A stretch of DNA of 59,462 nucleotides, filler included, from Sphacelaria rigidula (taxonomy: Eukaryota), in the NCBI GenBank assembly GCA_964200075.2. It is 10 parts of 10 records of this genome, joined end to end, with 100 filler letters (N's around TTAATTAATTAA, not from the genome) between each part and the next. Parts side by side here need not be neighbours in the genome. Positions count along the whole stretch, not along the records: positions 11,915 to 17,770 come from CAXNAA020023940.1; positions 17,871 to 23,726 come from CAXNAA020023941.1; 8 more parts are not named here. One strand, 5' to 3'. Below the pieces are notes generated by a model, which saw only the letters and a program-made list of their open reading frames with translations, did no database searches and was not told the origin of the DNA. The translations under genes were made by a program, and so were the position numbers. Below, piece after piece: positions 12,101 to 23,335 of the stretch; the first letter of the stretch is position 1; each line of letters opens with the position of its first letter.

Positions 12101-12935
12101 CCTGGAGGCTGTCCAGAATGCGTAAAAACTAGGGCAGAAACGTGAAGTCTGTCTTTCCAAGGGTACAAGCAATCGAACAATGTAGTCAATACCCAGGGGC
12201 CACCTGTGGGTGAGCAGCTCAAAACCGAGGAGTGCTGATGTCTTCCCTATGCTGGGGAGGGGTATGGACCCCGATAGCACTCTGGTTCTAGGTCGAACAA
12301 TTAAAACCGGCATCAACTTCGAGTAATGACACTTGAATACTTTTACCATCATTCCTGCGGTATCCCTCGAGCTCAGTGTAGGATTGAATTTCTCGGGTTT
12401 AATTGGTTTCGAAAGTGGAGTCAGGATATTCAATACCAACTTGGTTCCAGTGTGGTCAACAACTACCTGCCTCGGCCCTTGTTGCGGTTGGGTTACCGCA
12501 CCATACCCCCTGTTACGTCCGGGTACTGCACAGAGCCTACTATCGCTATTATTCGTGCTCACGGGGTACGTACCCCTGAAAACTGGGGTAGCCCCCTCAG
12601 CCTCGCCCATAATTAGCTTTTCCTACATTTAAGAGCTGTGGCTCTTGGTCTGCACTTCGCAGGGCCTCTTGGAACAATTACTCGTGACAACATGTTGGAC
12701 CATGATTTGGTAAAGCGCTCGTGCCAATTAAGAGGGAGTGAAGTTATGACGGCGGACGTGAAAGTGAAACAGAAGGTGGGGATATAGAAAGTGACTAAAA
12801 GGTCGCTCACCCATATCTTTACTTGACTGTGTTATGATCTTAGCTCGGTTTAGGGGGGTTACGACAGTTAGACATGGAATGACGACCGCTGCAGAGACGT
12901 ACAGCCTTGAATAGCCCAAACTTGAAGCGAATTAA

Positions 12936-13053
12936 CCCTTTTGGAACCCGTTGACGATTTTTGTTCTTGTGAATCAGTCTCTTTTTCAGTCATTTTCGAG
13001 TCTAAATGGGGCCGATTCACGAAAACAAAAGTCGCCAACGGGTTCCAAAAGGA
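12936..13053. mobile_element. 118-bp piggyBac-type MITE (TTAA TSD)
   Basis: TTAA|CCCTTTTGGAACCCGTTG ... CAACGGGTTCCAAAAGGA|TTAA. Near-complete palindrome. Confidence 0.85.
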
Positions 13054-13227
13054 TTAACCAACAGATGGCCGCATGCACAAGAGGGAAGGAAGGGTCTATT
13101 TCAATTACAAAATAAGGGCGTTGTCAAAAACGGGGTGTGCTAGTATGTCGACACCTGGGTGGTCCGTCGTGCTGTAAAAGCGCAAACTCGTGCAACAGCC
13201 GGCGATGGGAGCAAAATGCGCAAGGTC

Positions 13228-13342
13228 TAGGATTTTACTTATTATGCTAGCACGGTTTTTGGAGAATTCGCTCATCTTGAGAATAATGTTGGGTTGCTAT
13301 TTTGTAAAACCTTGCTATAATAGCATAATAAGTAAAAGCCTA
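13228..13342. mobile_element. 115-bp hAT-type MITE with 8-bp TSD GCAAGGTC
   Basis: TAGGATTTTACTTATTATGCTA ... TAGCATAATAAGTAAAAGCCTA. TSD at 13220-13227 and 13343-13350. Confidence 0.9.
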
Positions 13343-13700
13343 GCAAGGTCAATGAATTAGGTACAGTGATGATACGCCACAAAAAAGATTATGGAGAAAA
13401 GCAGTCGGAATATTTTAATTCGCACGGCTGCATAATCACATTCAACAAACCGATTTTTCGGACAAGACCCAGAAGGAAAATAGAATCTATCATGGAGCAA
13501 TAAATTACCACGTATCACAAGGATATCTTCTCCACCTATCGGGGAGGTATAATGGGAGGTGTATTTGGCACAAAATACGAGGATCCCAGAGCTATAGGAC
13601 CGACGATGTAAACGGTGTCCATTGCTTTTCGCATTTTTCATGGCCGACAGCTGCAAAACGAATCTGTCTGACTCGTCTGCGTGTCTTTCTACTGTTGTAC

Positions 13701-13856
13701 CTCCGTCTCGCTTTGGATCACCTGTTCCATGACATAGCGCTTGCCTCTCCCAACGGTCTCCGAGGCCACCCTAGCGAAGTAGCGGCACGGCAAAGTGCCA
13801 TTTCGTCCCTTCGGTGCTTGCTTGGGAGTGGCCCGATACACGTGAACGTTCCCGCC
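13701..13856 (-). CDS. ACC1: Acetyl-CoA carboxylase central domain exon (GGNVHVYRATPK...RYFARVA...QSETE)
   Basis: cag|GGC...GAG|gtac, 156 nt, phase 0. Matches the ACC H.Y.A..K...RFF.R segment that follows LSNF. An alternative donor at ~13722 is possible. Confidence 0.75.
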
Positions 13857-14438
13857 CTGATGATGGATGATGGCAAAAACATGGATAAATGGAGAACGAC
13901 AGCACCGTGAAGTCGCGTTCAAGACACAAATGCGTCGAGGCCGCACATACAAGACACAAGACGAGAGATAAACAGATGCGAGTGTTAGTGTTAAGAAGGC
14001 ATAGACGACGAACGACACATGGAGATACAAGCGGATGGACAGAAACGCAGACCAACAGAGATACAAGGAGAGAGAGATACACACACACAGAAAGACAGCG
14101 GTAGAAACACACAAAACAGGACGGCAGGACGAAAGAGGTTAAATTAGTAACAAAATAAAAAAGAGAGGCTGTAGAAGGATGGCATGCGCGCTGTCGATGT
14201 TTCACAGCCCGGATAATGACGATGTATTACGCTGTCAAAACGTTTACTGGGTACAGTATGGAAAATATTGTCCATTGCAATAGACACAATAGTCGATACT
14301 GACGGCAGTACACTTTTGACGAAGTATTCCGTTATCATTGTCCAGGCTGTGCAATGTTTACCGCTCCCGATGTTCCTCTATTTCATCAGAGGGTCCTGCG
14401 TGCTTCATGAACGTCATGCGGGCGGCGCTGCACTTTAT

Positions 14439-14648
14439 AGAGGCATCTCAAACTCGGCTACCGGCATCGTGGTTTAGTCTCTGGCTCTGAGTTGTGTACT
14501 GTTTTTTCAAGTGAAAGTGATCGCGATTCATAGGAGGACTGACCTGGCGGTGAAAGGGTTTCATCATCTGATGAATCACCATCACTTTCACTTGAAAAAA
14601 TACAACAAAACAAACCAGGATACCGGGAGCCGAGTTTGAGATGTCTCT
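14439..14648. mobile_element. ~210-bp TIR element (MITE)
   Basis: agaggcatctcaaactcggctaccgg pairs with ccgggagccgagtttgagatgtctct. Confidence 0.7.
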
Positions 14649-15541
14649 TTCAATGCGAAAATTCGGCGCCCTTCGATCTATCTCCAACTGGAGGTTTCGA
14701 CAATCACTTGTGGTGTGTTGGGCGCAATATTTCTTCAAGCGTAACCTTTGAAATATAATATTTGTTCTATTGAAGACAACTTCTCGGAGAAAAACAGAAA
14801 ATATATCACGAGAATACGACCATGCAAGGTGCGAATACATGCATATCGTTATACTTATATTATACTTGCTGGGGAAAAAAGTGAAAAACAAAAACAAAAA
14901 CATTGTTGAAAACAAATAAACATCGACTTTTTTTAAGCACCCTTTTGTTTACTGATTTCCATCCATGATGGACGAATGTTTCCGCTGTACGAGTAGTGAA
15001 GCTCCCTCGAAAAAGCGTATTTCAAGTGGGCGAACGTGAACAACTAAAGATGGGGGCGCTAAGGACGATGTACATGATCAAACAACAAAATACAGGTCGC
15101 GCACTGCCTTCGTGTTGTTGACGCCTGTTTGCCTGCGGGTTCATGCGATGTATGTAGCGAATCGACTTATACAACATCTTCATACACGTTCATATAGATA
15201 CGGCTGCGATATTTGAAATATGATACGATACGATACGATACGATACGTGAGCATTGTCAACCTTTTTGCCCGCAACCGCGTACTGTTCAACATACGGCTA
15301 CAAAAGATGTAGCTTGATCCGTTCGCATGAATCATACCAACACATTTCAAGGCGAACGGGGATTTGAAGGCATGAAGGGAAACGGACAAGACATGAACAA
15401 ACACAAACAAAACAATCGGAAAATGATGGCCGCATCGCCCCTGCAGCACTTTGTTTGATTTGGAGGAAACCCGACCAATCGACGACTGCTGTCTGTGGCA
15501 CAAATGGATCATATCCCAGTTGTATTGGCATTCGATTTCAC

Positions 15542-15692
15542 CTGCAGCTGAGACGTGTTGGCAGGCCGAATGGCGAAGTTGGAGAGCCTGGGCAGGTCGA
15601 GGTGGAACGCATGGCTAGGTTCGATGTGGCGGAAGAGCCCGTCCTCCTTGAAGCCAAGCATTGCTCGGAACGTGAACACCCCTAGGATAGCA
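15542..15692 (-). CDS. ACC1: Acetyl-CoA carboxylase central domain exon (AILGVFTFRAMLGFKEDGLFRHIEPSHAFHLDLPRLSNFAIRPANTSQLQ)
   Basis: Signature FTFR....F.ED...RHIEP..AF.L.L.RLSNF of eukaryotic multidomain ACC. ttcag acceptor, gtgaa donor, phase 2/0. Confidence 0.9.
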
Positions 15693-15872
15693 CTGAATTC
15701 AAACGAATGAAAAGAGGATAGCATCACCGACAAGGGTAATGACATGGATTACGACAATGACATGAATAAAGACAACAATAGCAAGAGGCAGCGGAGATCT
15801 GACTCTTTCCCGGTCGTTGCCGCCATCCCAAACTTTCCAACCTTGATGGCCGGGTGAGGGTGCTGTCGTTAA

Positions 15873-15990
15873 CCCTTAGGGACCCCTCTGACGATTCTTG
15901 TTTTTGTGAATCGGCATCATTTTGACTTGAAAATGACTGAAAATGATGCCGATTCACAAAAACAAGAATCGTCAGTGGGGTCCCTAAGGG
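15873..15990. mobile_element. 118-bp piggyBac-type MITE, second copy
   Basis: TTAA|CCCTTAGGGACCCC ... GGGGTCCCTAAGGG|TTAA. Same length and core as 12936-13053. Confidence 0.92.
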
Positions 15991-17025
15991 TTAATGACCG
16001 AGTGGGGGGATGCTGTCGCACCCAAACAAATGCTTTCATTTAGTTAATCATTACGTATACGCTTGCAGACTTTCGTTTGGACGGGTGATCCGACCAACGG
16101 ATACTACTTGGGGAAAAACATGAAAGGAAAACTCTCCTGGAATACGCTGGTTATGGGTATACCTATCACAACATGGGAAACAAGTCGGAACCTTTCAAGG
16201 GTCGGACGAATCGATGATTCGTCTGGAAATTACTTGATTTTAGTATAATTGATTAGTTCCGTACGAATCAATCCTTGGGCTTTGTTTTCAGCGTTGCAAG
16301 CCAGGTACGCGCAGCCCAGGCACGTGGAATGGCGCAAAAATTGCGTGGAGACCTTTTTGACTGGGGGTCGATTTTTTTCCTCCCTTTCGAGCAATCAGAC
16401 CTGAAAAACCGTGGATATGGTGATTCGAACCGGCGATGATTCGTCCGAACCGTGAAACGTTTTTCCCCCCATTATGGATGAAACCACGGACACAAAAAAT
16501 CATGGAGGCACACAAAGATTAGCTGGAAACGAACTGTTCCGATTTGATAGTCCAGTTCTATGAAAACATCCTTCGATCAATGTACGCACTTTGGATATTC
16601 TCTTCATCTACACGTTTCTATCACCTCCCCCTCCTCCACCTGCCCCCACTCAGAGCCATCTCATCGACAAATGCATGATTTTTTGCATTTCTGTTACTGC
16701 TAGAGGTGTTATTCAGAGGGTAATTTTTGTTCTTCATTTTTGTTCTTCATTTTTTCATTTGTTTGAGATTTTCCCGACTTCTCCGAGAAAAAGATGACTG
16801 AAAAACAAATCCGACGCTAGATTTTTGGAGGAAAATGTTATTCTTAGTCTTGAATCCATCCGTTGCCTGACCTGAAACAGAACTCCGCTCTCAAACTTTT
16901 CTGAGAAGAATTCGTTCCCCCTCCCCTTTTCGAAAACTTCGGAGATTTCGGAAGATGAAAAAACGAAAGACGAAACAGACCCATTAGTAGGACTTCTTTT
17001 TGTCCTTTCATGTCTCGTTGCGTAC

Positions 17026-17249
17026 CTGCCGCTACCACCATCGTCATCATCCACAGTGTGCCCGGGACGCGGTGACAAGAAAGTTACTCGGCGAACGTCC
17101 GCCTTGGCCAGGGCGGCGACGTGCGGCTGTAGCGCCGCTTCGAGGGTCGACGATGTCGAGTCATCGGCCGCCTGTGCGTCGGCCGCTGCCGCTGCGGACA
17201 GCGCTCCTTCCGAAGCCATGGATCCCAGGCGCGACCGCTGGTTCGTTCT
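17026..17249 (-). CDS. ACC1: Acetyl-CoA carboxylase central domain exon (...LEAALQPHVAALAKADVRRVTFLSPRPG...)
   Basis: The VRRVTF motif precedes FTFR in ACC. The donor AG|gtac (phase 2) joins the 15692 acceptor in frame. The 5' boundary is tentative. Confidence 0.75.
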
Positions 17250-19451
17250 CTGGGATATGACGGTTATTGACATATTGATCAACAGTTGTACATATCTTTA
17301 GTGCATTGTTGTTGTTGTTGTCTTAACATTAAAAAGCGTTCGAATATCTGCGCGGCACATTCGTACTGGGCATCTGATGCGGACGCCCTTCGTGGTCACA
17401 GGCTAGTAAAAAACCAAAATGCCAAAATACCTAAATAGACCCAGATTAAAGCTCACAAAACACGATACAAGCAAAACAGGGATAAATAATGAAGAAGGAA
17501 GGGAGTACATATGGCTAACCTCAGAAGATCCGGTGCCGCAGGTGGCCATTCGGACTTCAGGGTGCATGTGCTGTGAATTAGTCGTGACTGGTCACGAGAT
17601 AGGCGCTACAAATATCCGAAATTGAAAAAAAACATAAGAAAAATCATTAAAAGCGTCACTGTACCGGGGGAAAAAAAAGGGGGGGGGGGGGGACAAAAGA
17701 GTAAAATCGACGGAATGAAGGGACAAAAATTACCCTCGTACTTTGTACTAATCATTATTACCGTACGTCGNNNNNNNNNNNNNNNNNNNNNNNNNNNNNN
17801 NNNNNNNNNNNNNNTTAATTAATTAANNNNNNNNNNNNNNNNNNNNNNNNNNNNNNNNNNNNNNNNNNNNTTTATTATGCCCCATGCATTATACATACCA
17901 AATTTCAGAGCCGAAGTCCAAATATTGGCCGGCACATCCGCCTGCAAACGTTTATGCAGCCTCTAGGCTGGCCCAGCTCGTATTCAAAAAGCGGATTCGG
18001 ACAAGAAAAAAAGTGTTGTTGGGATTATCAACGTGCTGTGGAACGGTGTCAACGAATAAAGCTTGTCATTCCGAGGTACCAACATCCGCTCAACCCTCTT
18101 TTCGGGCGAAAAACCGACAGAGAAAGGCCAAAAGGCACTTGCCAACAATCTATTTCAACACATGACAAGTGGCCTTGGGGTCAGGACTCCACTGTAGGAA
18201 TTTTGGGGGGATTTGTAAAGGAAGAAATAGTAGGTATGTCGGGTAATACAATCGTGAAGTGACGAAAACATGTATATTAATCAACGCCGGTAATGAACAG
18301 TCATGGCGTGTTTTCCCAGCTGGTTGGAGCCAGCCCCGTTATGGTCGGGACCTTCATTGCATACATCTCCGAAATTCACACCGAAAACATGAACAAAGCC
18401 AAGAAAGTACTATGATATTACATCGCACCAGGTCAGGTCACTGGTACATTTTTGGGGGACTGAGAACGGATGACTCCCGCAATCTAGCGCCTTTTTTTTT
18501 TTTTCCAGGGAGTAACATATTCATCAAGTCCGCACAAGTATCGGTATCTCTTTCAAAACGCACCATGTCCGGAGGAAGAACAGCTGCCATCAGCACTCGA
18601 TACTCTCATGTTGTGACAACTGTGTCCTTAATAGCGGCGGAAAGTTCAGGCCGTGAAACCGTTGGAGAAAATGAGGACCTTCGACATCAATACGGACTAT
18701 GCGCCGGCGTCGTTGCAAATCGTCGCACTTTCTATGGAAGACATCCGAAAGGAAATCGCGCCCGTCGAACTCTCCGCCGCCGCCCCCTCGGACACAAATG
18801 CAGGTATTGCGTGGAGATAGATGTCAAGCGCATAATGTGGAAGGCAGCCTATCCTTTGATGGTCCGAGATTACATTCTACAGTGCACATAGTCTTTATCC
18901 ATCCACACTGTAACCCGTGGCAGCCTCACACTCGGGGTTCGCCACCGTTGGTGCACCTGAGGCGAAACGTAGCGCGCGCGGTGACGTGTTGACGTACAGA
19001 CGGTCAACGAGCCTGATTCGTATTCTATTCGTGCACGTGGGGGGTGGCATACATCGCGATTGTACGGGAAATGGGACGGCGTCGCCGCCCAGCATGACTG
19101 ATCAGCATAGACCGGATGCAGCATGCTCGCGAATATATTCCACGAGGTCCGGTTTTCCGTTTCTCACACATCGGCAACTTCAAACACATTGGGATCCCCT
19201 TGTCCAACAAAATCCCAGATTGCAACACTAGAACACTCCAACCCATCCGCAGCCCCATCCATCCCAACATAATAATATCAAACAGAATCATTATTGTTCA
19301 AGATTGCGGTCGATGTACGGGTATGAGGACGAGAGTAAACGAAGGGGGACAACGGCGGATGACTCTTGGCGCGAACCTGCTTCGCCGAATCTCTTGGTAT
19401 CATACCTGTGCGTTGACCACTCTCTCACGGATCGATAATCCGTTCAAAGCC

Positions 19452-19815
19452 GGTCGCCCCGGTGGCTCAGTTGGTAACCTCGGAACCTTTTGACGGTTGG
19501 GTCGTGGGTTCAATTCTCGGAGCGGTCTGGGATTTTTTTTCACACCATACCCAACAGTTGAGAGCGACCCTGTCGTGGGTACACAAAATTCGACTTAACG
19601 GTCGACGAAGGAAGGGGACTGCTGGATCCCTCTCGCGATAAAAAAGAAAGGCGAGCACTGCAGAAGGAAGGTGGGGTACTAAAAACAAACAAAAAAGAAG
19701 AAACCCCTGTGTTGACCTTCCTCCTGTGCGATCCCGGCTGGTGCGCCAACATATTCCGAAAGGAGTAGACCGGCGCCCAGAATAGATTCGGACGACAACA
19801 CACAACACAACACAA
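19452..19815 (+). mobile_element. tRNA-derived SINE (~365 bp) with (CACAA)n tail
   Basis: A box TGGCTCAGTTGG and B box GGTTCAATTCT, then a conserved body shared with the copies at 22983, 30605 and 40147. Confidence 0.85.
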
Positions 19816-19959
19816 GTACCATTCCACTACGTCCTGGCCCGCGTCTCCGTCCGACGCACATGACATCTCCGACGACGTGCTCTTATGACACTCACAGTCT
19901 TCACCCGCACTCGCCTCTGCTTCGTCGCCGCTGTCACCTCCGGACTCCACTTCATTCGC

Positions 19960-20750
19960 CATCACTACTCCGAACCCTCTGCTAACCGATACGCTTTGCG
20001 CGTCGAGAGCCGGATCACGCCGCTGCTTGCTCCCACCCAGTATGGGGTGGAAATCTTTTCCCAGCTTCGCGCACTTGTAGTTGCGTTTGCACCTGTGTTT
20101 TTCGGCCGCCGATGGGTTGCACCCGCATAGAAGACGATTGATCTTCCTCGTAGGGTCGATGCGTGCGTGTTCAGATAGGTTGACGACAGCACTGTCTTTT
20201 GTCATGAGCGTGTGTGCGTTCTCAGACGTCGTACTCCATCCGCGATTAGTGAAGTCCATGTCCGCCATGGACTCTGCCACCCCGCCCCCGCCCCCATCCA
20301 ATATTCCAGCACAGCTTCAGCTCGCTGCGCTTGAAATGAAGTGCATCCGCGGGCGGCACGAGGTCTGCTAGATTCCTGTCGCCCAACTTCCACCTCAAAA
20401 CTCTGACTCAATTCACAAAGAGTGTAAGGTCCCCCTCCCCGCTAGTTCACGCAGGACATACTCCGCGCTGGTGCCGGCCGTTGAGAACGCAGATTCCTGA
20501 GCCAAGAGCGACTCTATCACAGTGTCAGCAGGCACGACACATGTACCTGCGCATTCGGCGGAGTACTGTGCAGAATATCCCGCTGCCGCAAGTCGGATAT
20601 CTGCGAGGCTTCCGGGCGCAACCTGCTGTCGGTAGTGATGACGGCGGCGACGAAAACATCGAGGGGGGTCGGCCACGTTGATGGCGTGGAGATAGTCGAG
20701 CGTGCGGTGGACATAACATCTGTGCGTTGTGTTCTGTCGAATATTCATGG
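19960..20750 (-). pseudogene. Decayed ORF remnant resembling the C-terminus of Academ(X)-type transposon proteins (XPG/PIN-like tail plus Cys-rich finger)
   Basis: With frameshifts it reads DLVPPADALHF.AQRAEAVLEYWMGA...RGW...RLLCGC...HRCKRNYKCAKLG. This fits the LPP...AL..H..RA.....W...GW...CxC..C pattern, recognised from memory only. Confidence 0.45.
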
Positions 20751-22199
20751 GGGCGTTTTTCGTATGTGATTTTTACTCCCTGAACACCACCCACCCGGCC
20801 GCAAACGGTGCCAGCGCCTGTCGCGTGGAATTGGAAACACGCGGGCTTCTACCGTGGCAAAGAGGAGCATCTACGAGTATCCGCCATGAGGCGGATAACA
20901 TGGTACAAGGCGGAAGCTGAAAAATATGAGGTCATGGTGGGCTGAAACGAGTTCGGTATATCTCACCGGTGTCCCAGTGTCCTGCGTGAGAGAGCTGGTC
21001 TATCGCCCTGGGATCCCCACGGCGCGTGTCCATGCCCACAGAGCCGCGAAAAAGCGGCACAATGGTGAAGGCAAGCACGGTTGCGCGATCGAGTGCGATT
21101 GTCACCATCACTCATGTAGTGCCGATCCATCTCTACCGCTCAGCTGCCTACATACATGGACATTCGGCATGTATTGTATCCCCCGTGACCCCCCCCCCCG
21201 TGCTCCGTCTCGAAAGGGATGCGTGGTCAATGGTCAAATGACTAAGGCAAGCAACAAATTAGTACGTGACCCCCCCCCCCATGAACGGCACAGAAACCCA
21301 GTCATTCCTTGGGGAGTATTGGAGGCGACATGTTTGCGCCTGATGATAACAGCATGACGATAATATAGGGCCTACACCATCGTTGGACACAGGCGTGCTC
21401 CGCGCGTGGGGGCACCCCCTTTCGAACATCAAACAGGCAATTCTATACAATTAGGTGTCCGCGAAAACGAGATTCAACTCCACTACGGTGCTTTCCCCAC
21501 ACTCACAGTGAATCTTTTATGTTGGAACCGGCTCGTCAATCGCGTATATACTTTTTCAGAGCATTTTACTGACTCTGTGACACTATTGATACCATCCATC
21601 GCGGGAATTTGTCACCTAAAATTCACCTTTTCAACCAGAAATCAGCACCGACCGCCTTGAACACAGCTTCCCATTTATGTCGCGTGTCGGACCGGCGCTC
21701 CTTCCTGGGGAGCTCCCCGGCCGTGTGAAGGACGTCTACTATGCGGCTAGTTCCACCTGAAATATTATACGATTATTGTTGTATATGGACATCTTCCTGT
21801 TTTTGATATTTTTCCTTTCGACGCAAGACTGTGATAATTTGTTGTGTGGAAAGCGAATGCGGGATGAACTGCTGACCAGCTCGTACTCGTACGGACTTAC
21901 CCTGAAAAAAGGGCTGAAGTACGACAAAAAAACCGGATAACTTAAATCCACCCACACCTTTTATTACGACCGATCTTGCGTCACTTTTTTTTTTTATTCG
22001 GGGGCCCACTTTTTCAATTTTCTGAGATGGGTATACGAGCATTTTGAGAGCCAATTTTTTTTTCTTGAGCGCTACTTGTACGAACCTGCCCGCGCATAGA
22101 CGAGCAATGATTTTTCCGCTGTTGAGGTGTATACCCGATATTGGCATACAACCCACCTAGTTTCGATGTAGACTTCACGGTACAACAGTAGTAACAGGC

Positions 22200-22560
22200 A
22201 GTGCCAGGGTGGTACAGCAGGGTACGCAAGTGTTCGCATATTGACTACTTTACAACGGTACAAGTACAGGCCGTGTATTTTGCTAATTTACCTGTACGAG
22301 GTTACGAATACGGTCTGTACTTGCAAACACAATACAAGTGCAGGGTGTACTTGTAACCTTGTACTACTGCATTTCCGACTGCAGGTTGTACTTTGCAAGC
22401 ACAGTAGTGCACCGTTAGAAGTGCAATATGTACTCGCGAAAACAGCTGAACTGGCGAACACAGTATGAGGTGGTTGCTGTACTTTACAAATACAACAGAC
22501 AGCAGTACAAGTATGCAAGTACACCCTGTACTTCGCACACACGGTATTTTTGTACGAGGT
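22200..22560. repeat. GTAC-rich dispersed repeat; a related copy lies at ~24625-24830
   Basis: Shared gcagggt.tacttgtaaccttg.actac.gcat.tcc block and multiple gtaca/tgtac motifs. Confidence 0.55.
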
Positions 22561-22907
22561 TTTCAATCATTTGTTCGCGATAACGGGAGGCAGACTCTCA
22601 TTTGGCAGCGGTGATGTCGGCAATGCCTTTAGTTGTACATCGTCTTGATTGTAAGGTTCAAGGCTACATGCGGATGCACGTGCATGGTAGTGCATGTAGA
22701 TGCCGAGAATATGACTCTTGCCTGCACCGCGGTACACGCGCAGGCTTTAGTTTGTTTGCCAACATCCGTAACCGTCTCGGATGAAGAAAAGGGGGGCTCC
22801 CGAATTAAAAAAAAAATGACGCAAGATCGGTCACATTAAAAGGAGTGAGTGGATTTTCATCCCTCCCCACATGAGAGAAAATAATTTTTCCGCGTGTAAA
22901 AAAAACA

Positions 22908-22911
<4 letters not shown>

Positions 22912-22973
<62 letters not shown>
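22912..22973. repeat. (AC)n microsatellite
   Basis: Seen directly. Confidence 0.95.
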
Positions 22974-22974
<1 letters not shown>

Positions 22975-22982
22975 GTTATGTA

Positions 22983-23335
22983 TTTGTGTGTTGTGTTGTG
23001 TGTTGTCATCCTATTTATTCTGAACGTCGGTCTACACTATTCGGTATACGTGGGAGCACCAGCCGCGGTGAAAGAGGAGGAAGGTCAACACAGGAGTTTT
23101 TTCTTTTTTATTTGTTTTCCTTTTCCACCGCTTTTCTGCGGTGCTTGCCATTTTTTTTTTATCGCGAGAGTGGTTCAGCAGTCTTTTTACTCCTTTTTTT
23201 TTGCGTACCTACGACATAGTCGCTCTCCACTGTGGGGCAATGTGCGAGAAAAAATACCAGATCGCTCCGAGATTCGTACCCACGACTCAACTGACATAAG
23301 TTTTCGATATTACCAGCTCATCCACCGGGGCAAGC
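22983..23335 (-). mobile_element. tRNA-derived SINE copy
   Basis: Reverse complement of the 19452 element: tgtgttgtgttgtg tail, ggaggaaggtcaacacagg body, ccaccgggg head. Confidence 0.8.

Noticed and set aside
12200..12930. LINE RT remnant (LGLGGLRQLD-like fragment)
   Set aside because: The sequence is coding-like, but no ordered set of motifs could be recovered. Too weak to call.
7699..17249. Dynein and ACC exons as one gene or a cluster
   Set aside because: They are on different contigs separated by an artificial spacer and belong to unrelated protein families.
19452..19530. Standalone tRNA gene (also 40147-40225 and 29640-29682)
   Set aside because: A/B boxes are present, but there is no convincing cloverleaf, and at 19452 and 40147 the head is joined to a shared repeat body and tail, as in a SINE.
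20876..20905. HEAD motif as the XPG-like HEEAD of the Academ remnant
   Set aside because: It lies on the opposite strand to the rest of the remnant, so it was not used as evidence.
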